Shown in pieces: positions 1-12,306 of a stretch of DNA of 64,000 nt; the first letter of the stretch is position 1, and the number at the start of each line of letters is the position of its first letter. The stretch is from Paraspadella gotoi. Lineage: Eukaryota; Animalia; Chaetognatha. Under the pieces are notes generated by a model. That model ran no database searches. It saw only the letters and a list, made by a program, of their open reading frames with translations, and had not been told where the DNA came from. The position numbers and the translations under genes are program-made. The DNA lies in the NCBI GenBank assembly GCA_051294375.1, contig CM119265.1, positions 16,853,304 through 16,917,303 on the forward strand. The letters run 5' to 3'.

Positions 1-315
1 CCTTTTCCTTCCACACACTGCCTTATATAATTGAAAAAATTTCTTGAAAGAAGATTTTTCGGAAAGAAATTTTTGAAAAAAAAAAAAAAAAAAAAAAGAA
101 AAAAAAGCAAAAAAAAAAAACAACCCCCAAACCTCCCCCCCCAATTCAAATTATATATATGATTGAAATAGTAAGTATAAAGATTAAAGGTGAGGAAGTA
201 AAGTAAGTTAATTGCTGCGGTAGCGTTCGTCGTAAATATCCGTTGAAAAATTTCCAGTTGAAAAGAGCTAAACTATTATAATACACGTGTTGTGATTAGC
301 TTGGCCCTTGCCCAT

Positions 316-424
<109 letters not shown>

Positions 425-439
425 ATAGGAAAAATCAGA

Positions 440-960
440 GATAAAGCTGTTTTAAGGAATTTGAAAAATCTATACCCGGGTTGGTGTGAGCCTCGCCCCG
501 ACGAATTAAAGGGTTGAGGGGAAAAGTGTCAGGGCGGAAAAGAGCAGAACTTAGAAGGAGGGTAAGGTCAGATAGGAAAGGAGGGGCTTGAGGACGCCTC
601 ATTTCACCTCGCGGGCTTACGATCAGATAAAAAAACCTTTCAGCTCCGATGGACCGGGAATCTCCCTGTAACTTGATTCCGCGAAAGGGGAGAAGGCACG
701 ATAAGAGAACGGGGCAGCGATACACGCGAAGCCGGGCAGAATGGGCGTCCGATCGGAGAGGGGGGAGGGCGGGTGGGAGTTGGACCGTAAAGGCTAAAAC
801 GGGTTAAGGTTGTTCGGAGGGTTTAAAGGGATTGAGAGATGTGTGAACTCGCGGACATGCCTGGCCCGCGCCTGACTGAATGATAAATAGTATGAGTTTT
901 GGGATACTTTACGAAGAGGAAATTGGCGGTTTAAAAGAAGGAGGATAAGCCGGGAGGGGA
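440..960 (-). mobile_element. heavily decayed LINE (CR1/L2-like) reverse transcriptase fragment
   Basis: Minus-strand translation across frameshifts gives motifs in RT order: KPPISSS.SIPK (cf. YRPISLLS..K), NNLNPF* (cf. NNLLNP.QHGF), RAFS (cf. KAFD), SY..IPGPSELKGF/LSDRKPAR (cf. YGI.G..L.WI..FLSDR.Q.V). Recognised by eye only. Confidence 0.4.
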
Positions 961-1869
961 AAGTAGTTTTAAAAAATAGTTCGTTTGCATTGTTTTGACC
1001 ATAAATTCGTTTTAAAAAAAATCTTAAAAGCATTAAGGGAATCCGACCTACTTTGGATGTAACCAAATATTGATTTTCATGATAACCAAATATTTGAATC
1101 GATGTATAACACAATTAATTGGATGCATGATAATATAAATAACTGATTGGATGATTAATCAAATGATTGATGCGATGATAGTCATTCATTATTTAATATA
1201 ATCATTCATTGATATGTGATGTAATCATTTCATTGATCATGATATCATTTCATTGACGCGATGAGTCATTCATCTGTAAAATAAAACAAACCAGCGGGTA
1301 TATGAAATGAAACGAGAAGGAGTAAGAGAGAGCAGAGGGAGGATGAGAGGGGAGGAGAGAGACAGAGAAGGGAGGAGAGAAAGAGGAGAGAGAAAGAGTG
1401 AGAGAGGCTGCAGTCAGTTTTCCACTCTCGTTTATATAAAGTATAATCAGAAGCTGACCGCCTGCAGAGCTGAACTCGTTTTTTCGACACCTATCTGAGA
1501 GTAGGGACGAACTCTTTTCCTTTCTATGAATGAAATTTAGATTGGTTCTTTTTTTTTAAGTAAGAAACCATACCGAGGTCAAATTTCATATTTGCAAATA
1601 TTTAACTAATTTATTAAATATTTATCCCAACTCAAATAATTATTTATTTTAAAAAGAATAAAAATGATTAAATAATTACACTAAAAAATTACAATTTTTA
1701 AATTGTAAAAATTATCTTAGAATAAACAAAAAAAGTAATGTTTAATGTTGACAAATATCCTGCTTCCTCAACTTTCTATTTTAGATATAATGTGCCAATA
1801 GTGGCCGACCGGGTCCAGAAGTTACAGTAATAAACAAAAACAAAAAATTTTTTTGTTAGAAAGGATCTT

Positions 1870-2210
1870 TGAACGTTGACGTTCTGAAACATATTTGGTT
1901 AGAAGTTGAACGTTGAACCTTCTTGAAACATTATTTTTTTTTAATGTTTCTTATGAATAGCATAACATTTATTAATTGATTTAAACGTTTATTTTTATAG
2001 TTCTTATGAATTAGTTCCATACATTTATTAATGATGATTTTAAAACGTTAGTGTCTTTTGTTTATTGAATTTCAATATGTAGTTTAGGTTTTTACTTGTT
2101 TTCCAGTCTTTTAAATGTTAGGGGTCTTTGTTTTTATGAATTTCAATACATAGTTTTAGTTTTCCAGTCCCTTTTACACTATTACTATTTATGATTATGT
2201 CAATACTGTT
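1870..2210. repeat. degenerate paired tandem repeats (~45-70 bp units)
   Basis: gaacgttgacgttctgaaacat appears twice, ttcttatgaat..catttattaa..gatttaaacgtt twice, and tgaatttcaata..tagttt..ttttccagtc twice. Confidence 0.6.
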
Positions 2211-2221
2211 TTTGGTATTAA

Positions 2222-2253
<32 letters not shown>

Positions 2254-2389
2254 ATATATTGTAATTAAATTAATCCGCGCAATTGCCGGACATATAGCAG
2301 CTATATGTACAGGCAGCAAAGCGATGTACATGTGACATTGCCTGCATTATAAAGTTATTTTTTCCTTTTTTCTAAAAGGAATTCCAAAT

Positions 2390-3530
2390 GAAATCCGAAT
2401 GTAAATTTGATTTTGTTATAGAGAAAAAAAATAAATGCGGATAATAAAAAGTTTTAGAAGGAAAAAAAAATAAGAATTTTTCAAAACGAACGTCGTACAT
2501 AGAGAGAAACAGAGACAGAGAGAGAAGAGAGAGAGAGAGTGAAAAATAAAAGTGACTAAAAATTTTTTTTGTAAAAAAAAAAAAAGAGAGAGAGAGAGAG
2601 ATAGAGATAGCCGAAACTGTTACTTCGTCGCGCAGTGACGGAGTAAAAAAAAGGTGACTAAAAATTATTTTTGTACAAAAAAAAAAGATAGAAAGAGATT
2701 GAAAGAGAGAGAGAAGACAGATAGAGAGAAAGAAGATAGAGAGACGGAGAGGAGAGAGAAGAGCCGGAACACGTGTTTACTCGTCTTTACAAGTGAATAA
2801 ATTTTTTTGTAAAAAAAAAAACGAGAGGAGATGAGAGAGAGAGAGAGAGAAGAGAGAAGAAGAGAGAAAGGAGAGAGAGAGAGAGAGAGAAGAGGAGAGA
2901 AAGTTTTTCCCGCCAAAACGATACTCAATATTAGGTCACTCTTGTTTATATCGCTGATTCTCGGTCAACTTGATTTTTTTTATACAACGTAAACGCTATT
3001 AGGTCATGTTCCTCGACATTGTTTTACTCGTTGCCCCGGCAACCGCCAACGAAATTCCATGGTGAAGTTAGTCTATTCTCACTTTTCTCAAAAAAAATCC
3101 ACGAAAATCTCAGATGTAATTTGGATTTTGTTATTGAGAAAGAAAGCGCGGAATAAATGGCGATAATTAAAAGTTTTTTAAAGTGAAAAATAATAAGAAT
3201 TTTCAAAAACGGTGGTTAAACAAGTGAATTAATTTTTTTTTAATAAAAAAAAGAGAGAGAGAGGAGAGATAGAGAGAGAGAGAGATGAGAGAGAGAAGAC
3301 GGAGGGGAGACGGAGGGAGAGAGAGGAGAGAGCCTGAACTCGTTTTTTTTAAAACGATTCAGAAAAGCAGGCGCTTATGATCAAAATATATATGTTTAGA
3401 AAGAAAAAAATAATCAGAATTTTTCAAAAAACGATAACGACCACGCAAGAGATCGCACACAAAGAGAGAACCAAAGAGAAATGAACCGTTTTTAAACGAT
3501 TCAGAAAAGCAGCGCCTAAAAAAAAATATA
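2390..3530. repeat. degenerate direct repeats interleaved with (AG)n
   Basis: 2391-2488 resembles 3104-3210 (atgtaa..tggattttgttat..gagaaa..ataaatg..gataat..aagaattttcaaaacg). aaacgattcagaaaagcag occurs near 3352 and 3494. gtgactaaaa..tttttgtaaaaaaaa recurs. Confidence 0.6.
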
Positions 3531-4029
3531 TATAATTAAAAAATAAATAAAAGAAAGGCAAAAAATGTACAATGGTTTACAAATTGGAAAAACTTTTCCA
3601 ATTTTTTCCAATCGCAGCTTTAAAAAGATTTTATTTTTATTTGTATTAAAAATTAAGATTATAGCTCTCATTAAAAAAATCCTTTGAGTTCCATTTTTAT
3701 TTAGAAATTTAAAAAAAATTTTTTTGAATTTCATCTTCAAATATATATACTGCAATATGTTAATTCAGCTTAAAGCATTCTATATACTAATTGGATATTA
3801 TAATGAGTACTATAATCTCATTTTGCATTATTGCAGTAAATCATAAATGAAGTGGAAATTCAAACAAAAAAATACTTAAATCAAATGTAATATGAAAAAT
3901 ATCACAGCATATTCAAGATGAAAAGCCATATCTTAAATTTTTCTAAACTACTATGATCGCCACACTTTTGTAAAACTTTATCATTAAATTTCAAATGAAT
4001 TTTTATTTTAAAAAGAAAAAACGGGTTAA

Positions 4030-4173
4030 GTCACAGCCAAACCTATAAAAAGCGTAGTAGTTTTATATATGAAAACAGCGTGACACGACGACGACGACGA
4101 CAATCGTCACAAAGAAGCAACCCTAAAAACATTATAGGCCTGACACGCTTCGCCGGTCAAGGCTCGATAAAAA
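4030..4173 (+). mobile_element. Helentron/HINE-like non-autonomous element 3' end
   Basis: A (GAC)n microsatellite (4085-4101) is followed by a terminal stem-loop gcctgac-acgcttcgccg-gtcaaggc (4138-4163) and then an A run. This matches the known layout of HINE/DINE-type element ends. The 5' end was not identified. Confidence 0.35.
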
Positions 4174-4879
4174 TATCAACTAGAAAAGTTTGAAATTAAT
4201 TGTTCACAACGATTTCTTTATTTTGAAGAAATATCTACAGTGTAATTTTTTTCTTTTTAGAAATTTTAAATTCCATTTTGCTAATTTTAAGAAGATGAGA
4301 AAGTCGGCCGACTTGCGTTGTTTTGTTTGTTTTTAAACGAATTCGAAAAACAGAATTTTTTGACTATAACAAAGGTTTGAATGATAATGATAAACTTGAT
4401 CATCTCACTTTTTGTGAAGATTCGCACTCGATTTCACCAATCACCTCCAATAAAAAAATGGATAAAAACTTTCTCTGTATTTCCGTGATGATTTTAAATG
4501 GTTTCATGTTATTAGATATCTCGTAATATATAACATATGTATATAAATATGAATTAATATAAATATTAACAGAAAAAGAGTAAAACATTCCCGAAACAGA
4601 AAGCCTGAAGTCATAGATTTATTCTGCTTGAACGAAACCGGTCAGAATCTTGTGATTTTGTCTTGATAAAAAAAAAATAAGAGGCGATAGCCGGCGGAAT
4701 AAAAACAAACCAAAAAAACCAGATAAAAAAACTAAAGATGAACAAATCAAACCAAGATGAGTTTCTTGGTGTCAAATAAATATTGAAAAACAAATACGTT
4801 CATATACGAATAATATGTGGTAAATAAAAACTACAATTACAAAACAAAAACAAAACCAAAAAAACAAAAAGAACAAACG

Positions 4880-5300
4880 AACGGATTTGGCAAAACAAAC
4901 ACTAATTATGCTCGACTCTCGACGGACGAATCGCCCCCTGCTGCCGCCATTCCTCAGGCACCCAGCAGCACCAGCCGCCCCCGCCGCAGCCCCCCGCCGC
5001 AGCCCCCGCCATCTCCCGTCCGCCCGAAGTATCGTGTCCCGCCTCTCTGCCGACGCCGTCGTCTCCACCGACTCCCCTTCGGCGTAACCGTAAACGCGCG
5101 CCTCATCGCTTCACAGGGTCCGACGCCGGGTCGCAGCGCCGCGGCGGACGAGGAACGCCGCCGCAGCCGCCGCACCGATAGCGCCGATAGAAAATGGCGG
5201 CGGAGGCGTCAGTGGAGATGGACGGCGGTTGGGGCGGCGAGGTTCGTTCGAGGGGGCGACCCGCCTACGCGTTTCTCGGAATTTCGGACCAGCGACCTCG
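4880..5300 (-). CDS. probable exon encoding a low-complexity cytoplasmic tail
   Basis: GC-rich island in AT-rich DNA. One minus frame reads VAGPKFRETRRRVAPSNEPRRPNRRPSPLTPPPPFSIGAIGAAAAAAFLVRRGAATRRRTL*SDEARVYGYAEGESVETTASAERRDTILRADG...RRESSII, with a single stop that may be an error and four RRxS/T motifs. The plus frame 4817-5311 is also open, so the strand is uncertain. Confidence 0.35.
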
Positions 5301-5697
5301 TCAGGGTTTAAAAAATCATCTCTCCCTCTTCTGCTCTCTCTTCTCTTTAAACTTCGAATATTAACTTTCTTCCTATCTCTCACGAGACAGCCACTTTTTT
5401 GTTAAACTCCCTCGCTTTCCCCCTCTGCCTCTGCTACCCCACTCCCCCCCTCCGCCCCCCTTTCAATCTTCACCCTCATCTTTTTCGGAATCATCTCTTC
5501 CTTTTTCCTTTTCCTTTTTTCTCCTTGTTTTTTTTTTTTTTTAAATTATCGTGGAAGGTTCATGCGACTGTCCGTGACTAACAAGACGAAACGCTGATTT
5601 ACAATATTACCCAGTTATAAACCGAATAATATAGTATACAATTTATGAAATTAGTCCCTACTTAGGTAAAGTCCTTGTTTTTTTATAAAACATTTAT

Positions 5698-6330
5698 TAC
5701 AGGGTGTCCCAATGGTACTTCGTTTAACTTTTACATAATGTGCGGGAACTCTGTTATATCTTGTTAAATCTTATTTCTGAGGGATAACAATGTCAAATAA
5801 GTTCTTACCATTTATGATCCTATATTCTCGATTTCAATTTTTATCAATTTTTTTTTGCAAACATTCAATTTAAATGAGTTCATAATTTCTCATTTTTCTA
5901 ATTTTTAATAATAGTTTATTTTTAAAATAAAATTTTGTTAAGTTGTCATTCTCATGCACCGAAATAGTTTGATATAGAAAACATCGATTGGGAAAACAGT
6001 GCCTAATTTTATTTTAACCATTGCATTCAAACCATTTAGCTGGTTTATTAGTCAAGCCAGAAAATTGTTGGTGAGGTAAAAAAAAATGTTCTCTGGCCTT
6101 GGAATAATAACCAGCTAAATGGTTTGAATGCGATGTCTAAATAAAATTTAGCACGTTTCCCAAATCGGATGTTTTCTATATCAAAATAAATTTATTAAAA
6201 AAAATGACAGGAAAAAATATTTAAAAAATATTAAATTATTTAAATTTAAATTAGTATAAAATAAATGCATAATAAGAGAGAGCCGAAATTAACAATATTA
6301 AAAAAATACAAAAATTGATAAATATACTAA
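5698..6330. mobile_element. foldback / Tc1-mariner-type MITE
   Basis: Begins TA-CAGGGTGTCCC (5698-5710), a common Tc1/mariner-type terminus. It contains a ~100 bp imperfect inverted repeat, 5968-6066 vs 6085-6185, which continues outward in degenerate form (ttatcaatttt ~5842 vs aaaattgataa ~6311). Confidence 0.6.
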
Positions 6331-8658
6331 CGATTGATATTTATTGTATTATTTGAAGTTGTGAGCGATTGAATCATTAAGCCAGAACAAAATGCGTTGC
6401 TATTTATTCCAATGAAATTATTATTAAATTTATTAAAAATCAAAAAGTAATATAAACAAGGCAGTAGATAATTTTTAAAAATAATGATTATGTATTATAA
6501 AAAAGACTCTGGAGACTAAAAAAATGAGGTAGTTTCTTACTGTCTGCATCTAAATAAAATATTTAAAAGCATATTTAATCAATATATAAAAAATATTTTA
6601 TAAATATAAAAAATATATAATTTAAGAATTTTTAAAAATCCACTGGAAAAGATTTACTAAATTGCTTTATGTAATAACTACAGGAAGTTTGCTTGTTTCA
6701 ATTTTACAATTTAGTATTCCTATAAAATGGTCCCATACTTGTGCGTATTTATTCTTTATAATGATATTAAAGTTTCTCATCTGGATTTAGGAAACAGTAA
6801 GCTTTTCTTAACAGACAGGTTAATACAATTTTGATTTAGGAATAATTACGTATCATATATATTGATAGAAAATACCTTAAAAATATCAAAATTTAATACA
6901 GTATAAAGGAAATAATCCTACATTTCTAATAGCTTAGATACCTCATCGAGAGCAAATATTTTAGTTTAATTTTTTATATATTTTATGCCGGTCCTGGAGG
7001 GATGATATCAATATTCACTTGCCAAAAAACCGTTTTTTAAATTCCTACAATGGTTTTCGAGATATAGTCATAAAACGTCGCCTTGAAAGGCAAAATTTGT
7101 CAGAAATAAAATTTCGATTTCTCTTAGATTCTGGACTCGCTAGTACAAACTATTTGAAAAAAAATATTAAACGGTTTGGCTGAATTTCTTCCGAAGCATA
7201 ATCCATAAATGTGTAAGACGATGGGTAAACCTGAAATGATATGTCTCTAGAGAGCGCGAAAATTTTTCTTTAAGTTTATTTTAAAATTTACGTATTGTAC
7301 CAAAATGGATAAATTGAGATTACTCCCGGCTTTGCTGAAATTTTTATTTAACAAAGAGTTTGTACTGCGTAGTTCAAATCCTATTTCTCTCACGGTAAAA
7401 AAAGTTATTTTCTTTGTATAACTTGGAAAGAAAAGAGTGGGTAGGAAACTGGGTGGCTATTAATTTAAAGCGCCTAATCAATGGACACCTCTCTGAAATA
7501 GTTTATAAATTAAATCTTTATCCATAAATCTTTACAACAGCTTTTTATTTAAATCGGAGTTAAAAGTATAACAGTTTTTGCATTAAAATTTCAAGAAGGC
7601 ATTCGTGAAATTTTTTTTTTCTCTTTCGTAATTTGAAAAAGGAAGACTAAATTACATTTTGATTACATTAAATTTGCTGCTAACTCTATAAAATTTGCTT
7701 GTATTTAGTAAGTAAAAAACAAGCAAAAATTTATGAAGTAGCTGGATAAAATGTTTTTTTAAATATTGAAAAAATGATAATACAAAAATATTTTCAGATT
7801 GATATAAAACAGTCTGGACGTCTCCTTCGTTGTCTGTTGAAAAAAAAAAATTGTCATTTTCATTTCTTCACTGCAAACAAAAAGTTGACACGCGCTTGTT
7901 TATCATATAAAATTTTAAAAAATTACATAGCTGGCGACATATTGACAAAGCAAGACATCATTGTGTGATTTGTATATTGATAATTTTCTTTTTAAATAAA
8001 AACTTTATACAAGGGAATTTAATTTCTTTTACTTATCATCCGTTTTAAATAAGAAAAAAAAATTTGCGGAATAGCCGCATGGAAAGGTTTATTGACTGAC
8101 TTAAGGATCGAATTTTTTAGGTTTCTTTACTGCCCCCATTTCACAAGACATTAAAAGGTCATGATTATCATGCAGTATGTCCAGATTATCTGACCCTTTC
8201 TGCAAAACCTGCTTCTGAATTTTCTTTCCCTTTCAAATGTATTAAATAAAAAAAAAATTATTAGAGAAACGATTGCGTGTGGGATTGCCATTAGTAAGCC
8301 TTAGTTACCCCACCTTCCGATCGAATTTTTTCCAACCGAGTTTTTTTTCCATCATTCGAGACATTAACACTAACTATTGGTTACTATTAATTTTTATTTT
8401 TTTCATGAAATTTTGTGTAATCAGAGAAACGTTACGTGTCAAAAAAAATAGAAAAAAAGAAGAAAAACGCTCTGACAAATTAAAAAATTATGGAGGAATC
8501 TATAAATACTTTAGACTTTTATTACTCGCTAACAATTAAATAAACTATTCTCTTTCTTTCAAATCTATTAACGCAAAAAAAAAAGGCTTTTACATTTACT
8601 TATTAACTTTTAGCTATTTTCTAAATTGGTTTACACCAAATTTTCAAATTAAATTAAG

Positions 8659-10553
8659 AGAACTGAGTCCGCGAAAAATTACTGTCGCTACCATGCCAGT
8701 GACCTCAAGCAAAACATTCTTCGGACCGCCGTGAGGCGTCCCGCGGGCGTCGGTCGTCGGGCCTTCGCCAATCAGGGCGGCCTCTTCTCTACGGTCGTCG
8801 CCTTTGATCTCATCGTCACGTTCCCTTTGGGTCGTCTATCTCGCCTGTGCCAGGTGTCGAGGTGGAGGCGTGTCCACGATTGCAGGCGCTTATTTCGTGG
8901 TGGGCGTGACCATTGGCCAGTGGCCACCATTGGCCACCGACCAATGGCGTAGAGATGTTTGGTTATTATTTCGTCCCGGTGTTGTCAATTCCAATAATCA
9001 ATTTACCTGTTGTACAGAGCGCTTGGCTTAATGACTAATGTCCGTCGGCTATTGAGGGAAATTATTACGAAATAGGTTCATCCTCTCTCAAGGTTCCCTC
9101 GTCTCAACTGCGGTCGCGATCCTCGACTACTCCGTCAAAAACCTCTCTCTCGACTGCGTCGCTGCCAGCCTCTTCCTTTCCTCCTGCTGCCAACTCGGCC
9201 CTACTCGTCTGCAGCTGCACACTGGTGTGTGTCTGGTTACCCATGTGTGATTTCCACGTGTTCGCTGTCGCCAAATGTTTCGAGATTTTGGGAAAGTTTG
9301 GCGCATGGTAGGAGGAGGAGGAGGGAGGAGGAGGGATGAGGCCGTCGAACCCGACGATGGCCAAAGTATCTGGTCATCTTTAGCGGATGGCTTTGCTTGG
9401 TCCGCAAGTCTGCTTGCTCCGATTTCAAGGTATAAATTATCGATAATATATTATATTATATTAATATAATACGTAGATTGTAAGGGTTGTAACGCTAAAT
9501 ATAATTAAAATGTTGTAATACTAAAAAATCAGGTCTTCCCAACGGAACGCTACGCGACTTCGACGATCGCCCCGCGCCAACCCGTTCCGCGTAGGACGCC
9601 GTCGCATCTCCACCCGGCGTCCCCGACGACGCCGTTCGCGCCGCGTCCCGACGCCGTTGAAGACGCCAACGTCGGCGCCAACATTGACGACTCCTCTTCG
9701 GCGTCCTCCAACGCTTCTCCGAAGCATCAGGGTGCGTCGCCTGGACAAAAGCGGCGACGAACGATTCCACAACCCCGTCGAGTCCGAGGAGGAAGCGGAG
9801 GAGGGCGGCGCGGGGAAGGAGGCCTCCAGAGCGCTTCGGAAGTCGTCGAGGACTAAGTCCAGCGGCGAAGAGTCTGTATTGAGGTTAGGAGAGATAGAGA
9901 GAGAGAGAGCGGAAAGACAAAATCAGACAGACGGATAGAGTGTTACAACTGGACAGACAATTAAAAAATGAACAGAAAGTCCAGTTAAACAGGACACTTA
10001 GATACAGAAAACTGACTGAGGGAAGACTGTCTTCCAAACAATCAGAAACCACAGATGGGCAAGGAAAGACAATGGAGACCAAAGGTCCAAAGACAAATTA
10101 GAGCACCACTTCGACACTGACAGTCGGACGTCTTCTTCCCCACCCACCCTCCAGCGCCATCGCGGAAGCTTCACCTCCGCAGCCCGTCGACCATCAGCAG
10201 CACCAGCCTGTCTCCGCTGGATGGATTGGATCCCGACAGCGAGAAGAAACATGGAGTCGTCGTCGCCATGTTCGACGACGACGACTGACAATTGGAAGAA
10301 GGAAAAGTCGGAGAGACGTCAAGCATTTAAGTGAGCGACGAGATGTGAAAACACTCGCGAGTGAAAACGCAGTGAACGTTGATGAATTGAAGTTAAAAAT
10401 GGATGAAATTCACTGAATGATCCCAATCAACAAAAGGGAAAAATAAATTTGGAAGATAAGCAACTAAATTTTTCACTAACATTGACATTATTTTTGTCTT
10501 TTCTTTCACATATCTTAACTATCTATCTATTCTATCTATCTATCTATCCTATC

Positions 10554-10601
<48 letters not shown>

Positions 10602-11385
10602 CTATCGTATCCACTCTCTAATCTTTCTCTTTCAGCCAAAATCATTCCGGTCCACGGAAAGCTCTTCAAGTTGTTCCGCCGAGATTCCAGGCCGAACCAG
10701 AGCTCGTCCTCCGAGAGACGGTCGTGTTTGAAGGACATTTTCGAGAGGTTCGTCTGAGCAGCAAGATCTCCGACGGATTCAAGCTGCAAGGCAACTCGAC
10801 GACGGTCACCGCCGTCGACTTGGAGCGCGACGCCGCAGCAGGGCGGGAGGCGTCATATCGCCCAGGGATTACGTGGGGACCTTACCTTTACTGCGGCCTA
10901 AAAGGCTTGAGGGCGAAAGATGAAAAGAATATATAGAGAAAGAAGAAAAGATGGAAAGAAGAAAAAAATACAAGCTTAAAAAAAGAAAAAAGAAAGAAAA
11001 AAGATAAGAAGGAAAGAAAGAAAGAAAGCGAAAGAGAGTCAGCCGACTTACAGTGGTCCGTTTTATTTTTCATTCATTTTCATTTTTCCATCCGTCAAAA
11101 AATCTCTTCCAGGGCTACGCTTTCTATTTCTGCACCAAAGGCCGTCTCCCAATCCAGTCCGCCCCGCCCACCGCCCGCTTCGTCAGGGCGTCAACGGACG
11201 AGCCCGGTCTCCGTCTGTTCGCGGACGCGCACTTTTCCGCGACGACGACCTTTCCGAGTGGATCGTCAACACTTCAAGGGGGCTGGATCCCCGCAGCGCT
11301 CGTCGGATTGCCGCCATTCTCCGAATTCAAGACGACTTTCGTCCGCGAATCTCTGCGACATCTCGACGCATATACAGACGTTTAA
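8659..11385 (+). CDS. multi-exon gene for an uncharacterised multi-pass membrane protein with a long C-terminal tail
   Basis: Exons ~8659-8950, 9018-9429, 9533-9883, 10124-10330, 10636-~10904 and 11113-11385 (TAA). Three consecutive GT-AG introns (9430-9532, 9884-10123, 10331-10635) are all phase 2 and join open frames. N-terminal hydrophobic stretches: GGLFSTVVAFDLIVTF/LWVVYLAC, TIAGAYFVVGVTIG, FILSQGSLVSTAVAILDY, LLVCSCTLVCVWL. The C-terminal block looks globular (VVFEGHFREVRLSSKISDGFKLQGN...ITWGPYLYCGLK-GYAFYFCTKGRLP). A few indels are needed in the first two exons and at the last donor. The start codon was not located. Confidence 0.65.
10518..10606. repeat. (TATC)n microsatellite within an intron
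   Basis: Imperfect ctatctatctat run seen directly. Confidence 0.9.
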
Positions 11386-12241
11386 TTCGCAGTTTTAAAA
11401 ACAGTAAGAGCAACCAGCAGGGACAAAAAACAACAAAGGAAATAACGAAAGATCGATTATTGTGAAATTACCTACACATAGTTGATGATTATACGGTTGA
11501 TTATATCATACATTGCAAGCGTTGCTCAATAACGATGATTTAAAACCCAATTTTTTAATTTTCTGGTCGTTAGAAACCTCTGGATATTTTTTAAATTACT
11601 CACTATGTTATTTGGTCTGTGTAGTGGAACCTTCTATTAAGGCCGTACGCGTTTAAATATAATGCTACATCTTAAAATTAATTTTATATTGTCGAAATTT
11701 CAAGAATGTTCTCGTTAATAAATATAGAAATATCAATAAATGTAACGAATAAAAACTAAAAAATACGATCAAAGCATCGTGACAGGAACTGTGGATGCGC
11801 TCATTATTCCTCATGAAATTCCTTTTCTCTCCCATTCCTGTTTCTCCTTTTTTTCTTTAATTTCCCCCCCCCTTCATTCTCTATTGTGGCCCAGAGGCAC
11901 CATAATTTTCTTGTGTCTCTCCAGTGGTCCTCTTCTCTGCGATTCTCTCTTCCCCTGTCGCGACCAGTGACACTGAACTTGCGAACTGATCGGCGAGAAA
12001 ATTCGACTGTCCGTTCAGCCGCTAATAAGATTTTTAAGGCCATAAAAAGGTTCATTGCCGTCGTTAAAACTTCGCACTCTCTCAGTTCCATTGAAAAGGA
12101 AAATTCTTGCGAAGCCGTTAACACGTCATACCCTTGCGGCAATTTGCAGCAACTTTTTAAAATTTCAAACTGGTTGTTTGCGACGACGATAGCACGTTGA
12201 CACGATGCATAAAAGGGCGCGAGATTCAAACCTACGAAGAG

Positions 12242-12245
<4 letters not shown>

Positions 12246-12304
<59 letters not shown>
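12246..12304. repeat. (CT)n microsatellite, representative of dozens of AG/CT tracts in the window
   Basis: Perfect dinucleotide run. These tracts generate the SLSLSL/ERERER pseudo-ORFs in the ORF track. Confidence 0.95.

Positions 12305-12306
<2 letters not shown>

Noticed and set aside
11804-12231. 141-aa minus-strand ORF with a good acceptor (ttcgtag)
   Set aside because: No recognisable protein features and no partner exon, and a similar-length ORF is open on the other strand. The region contains TTTTATGGCC-type motifs and may be regulatory.
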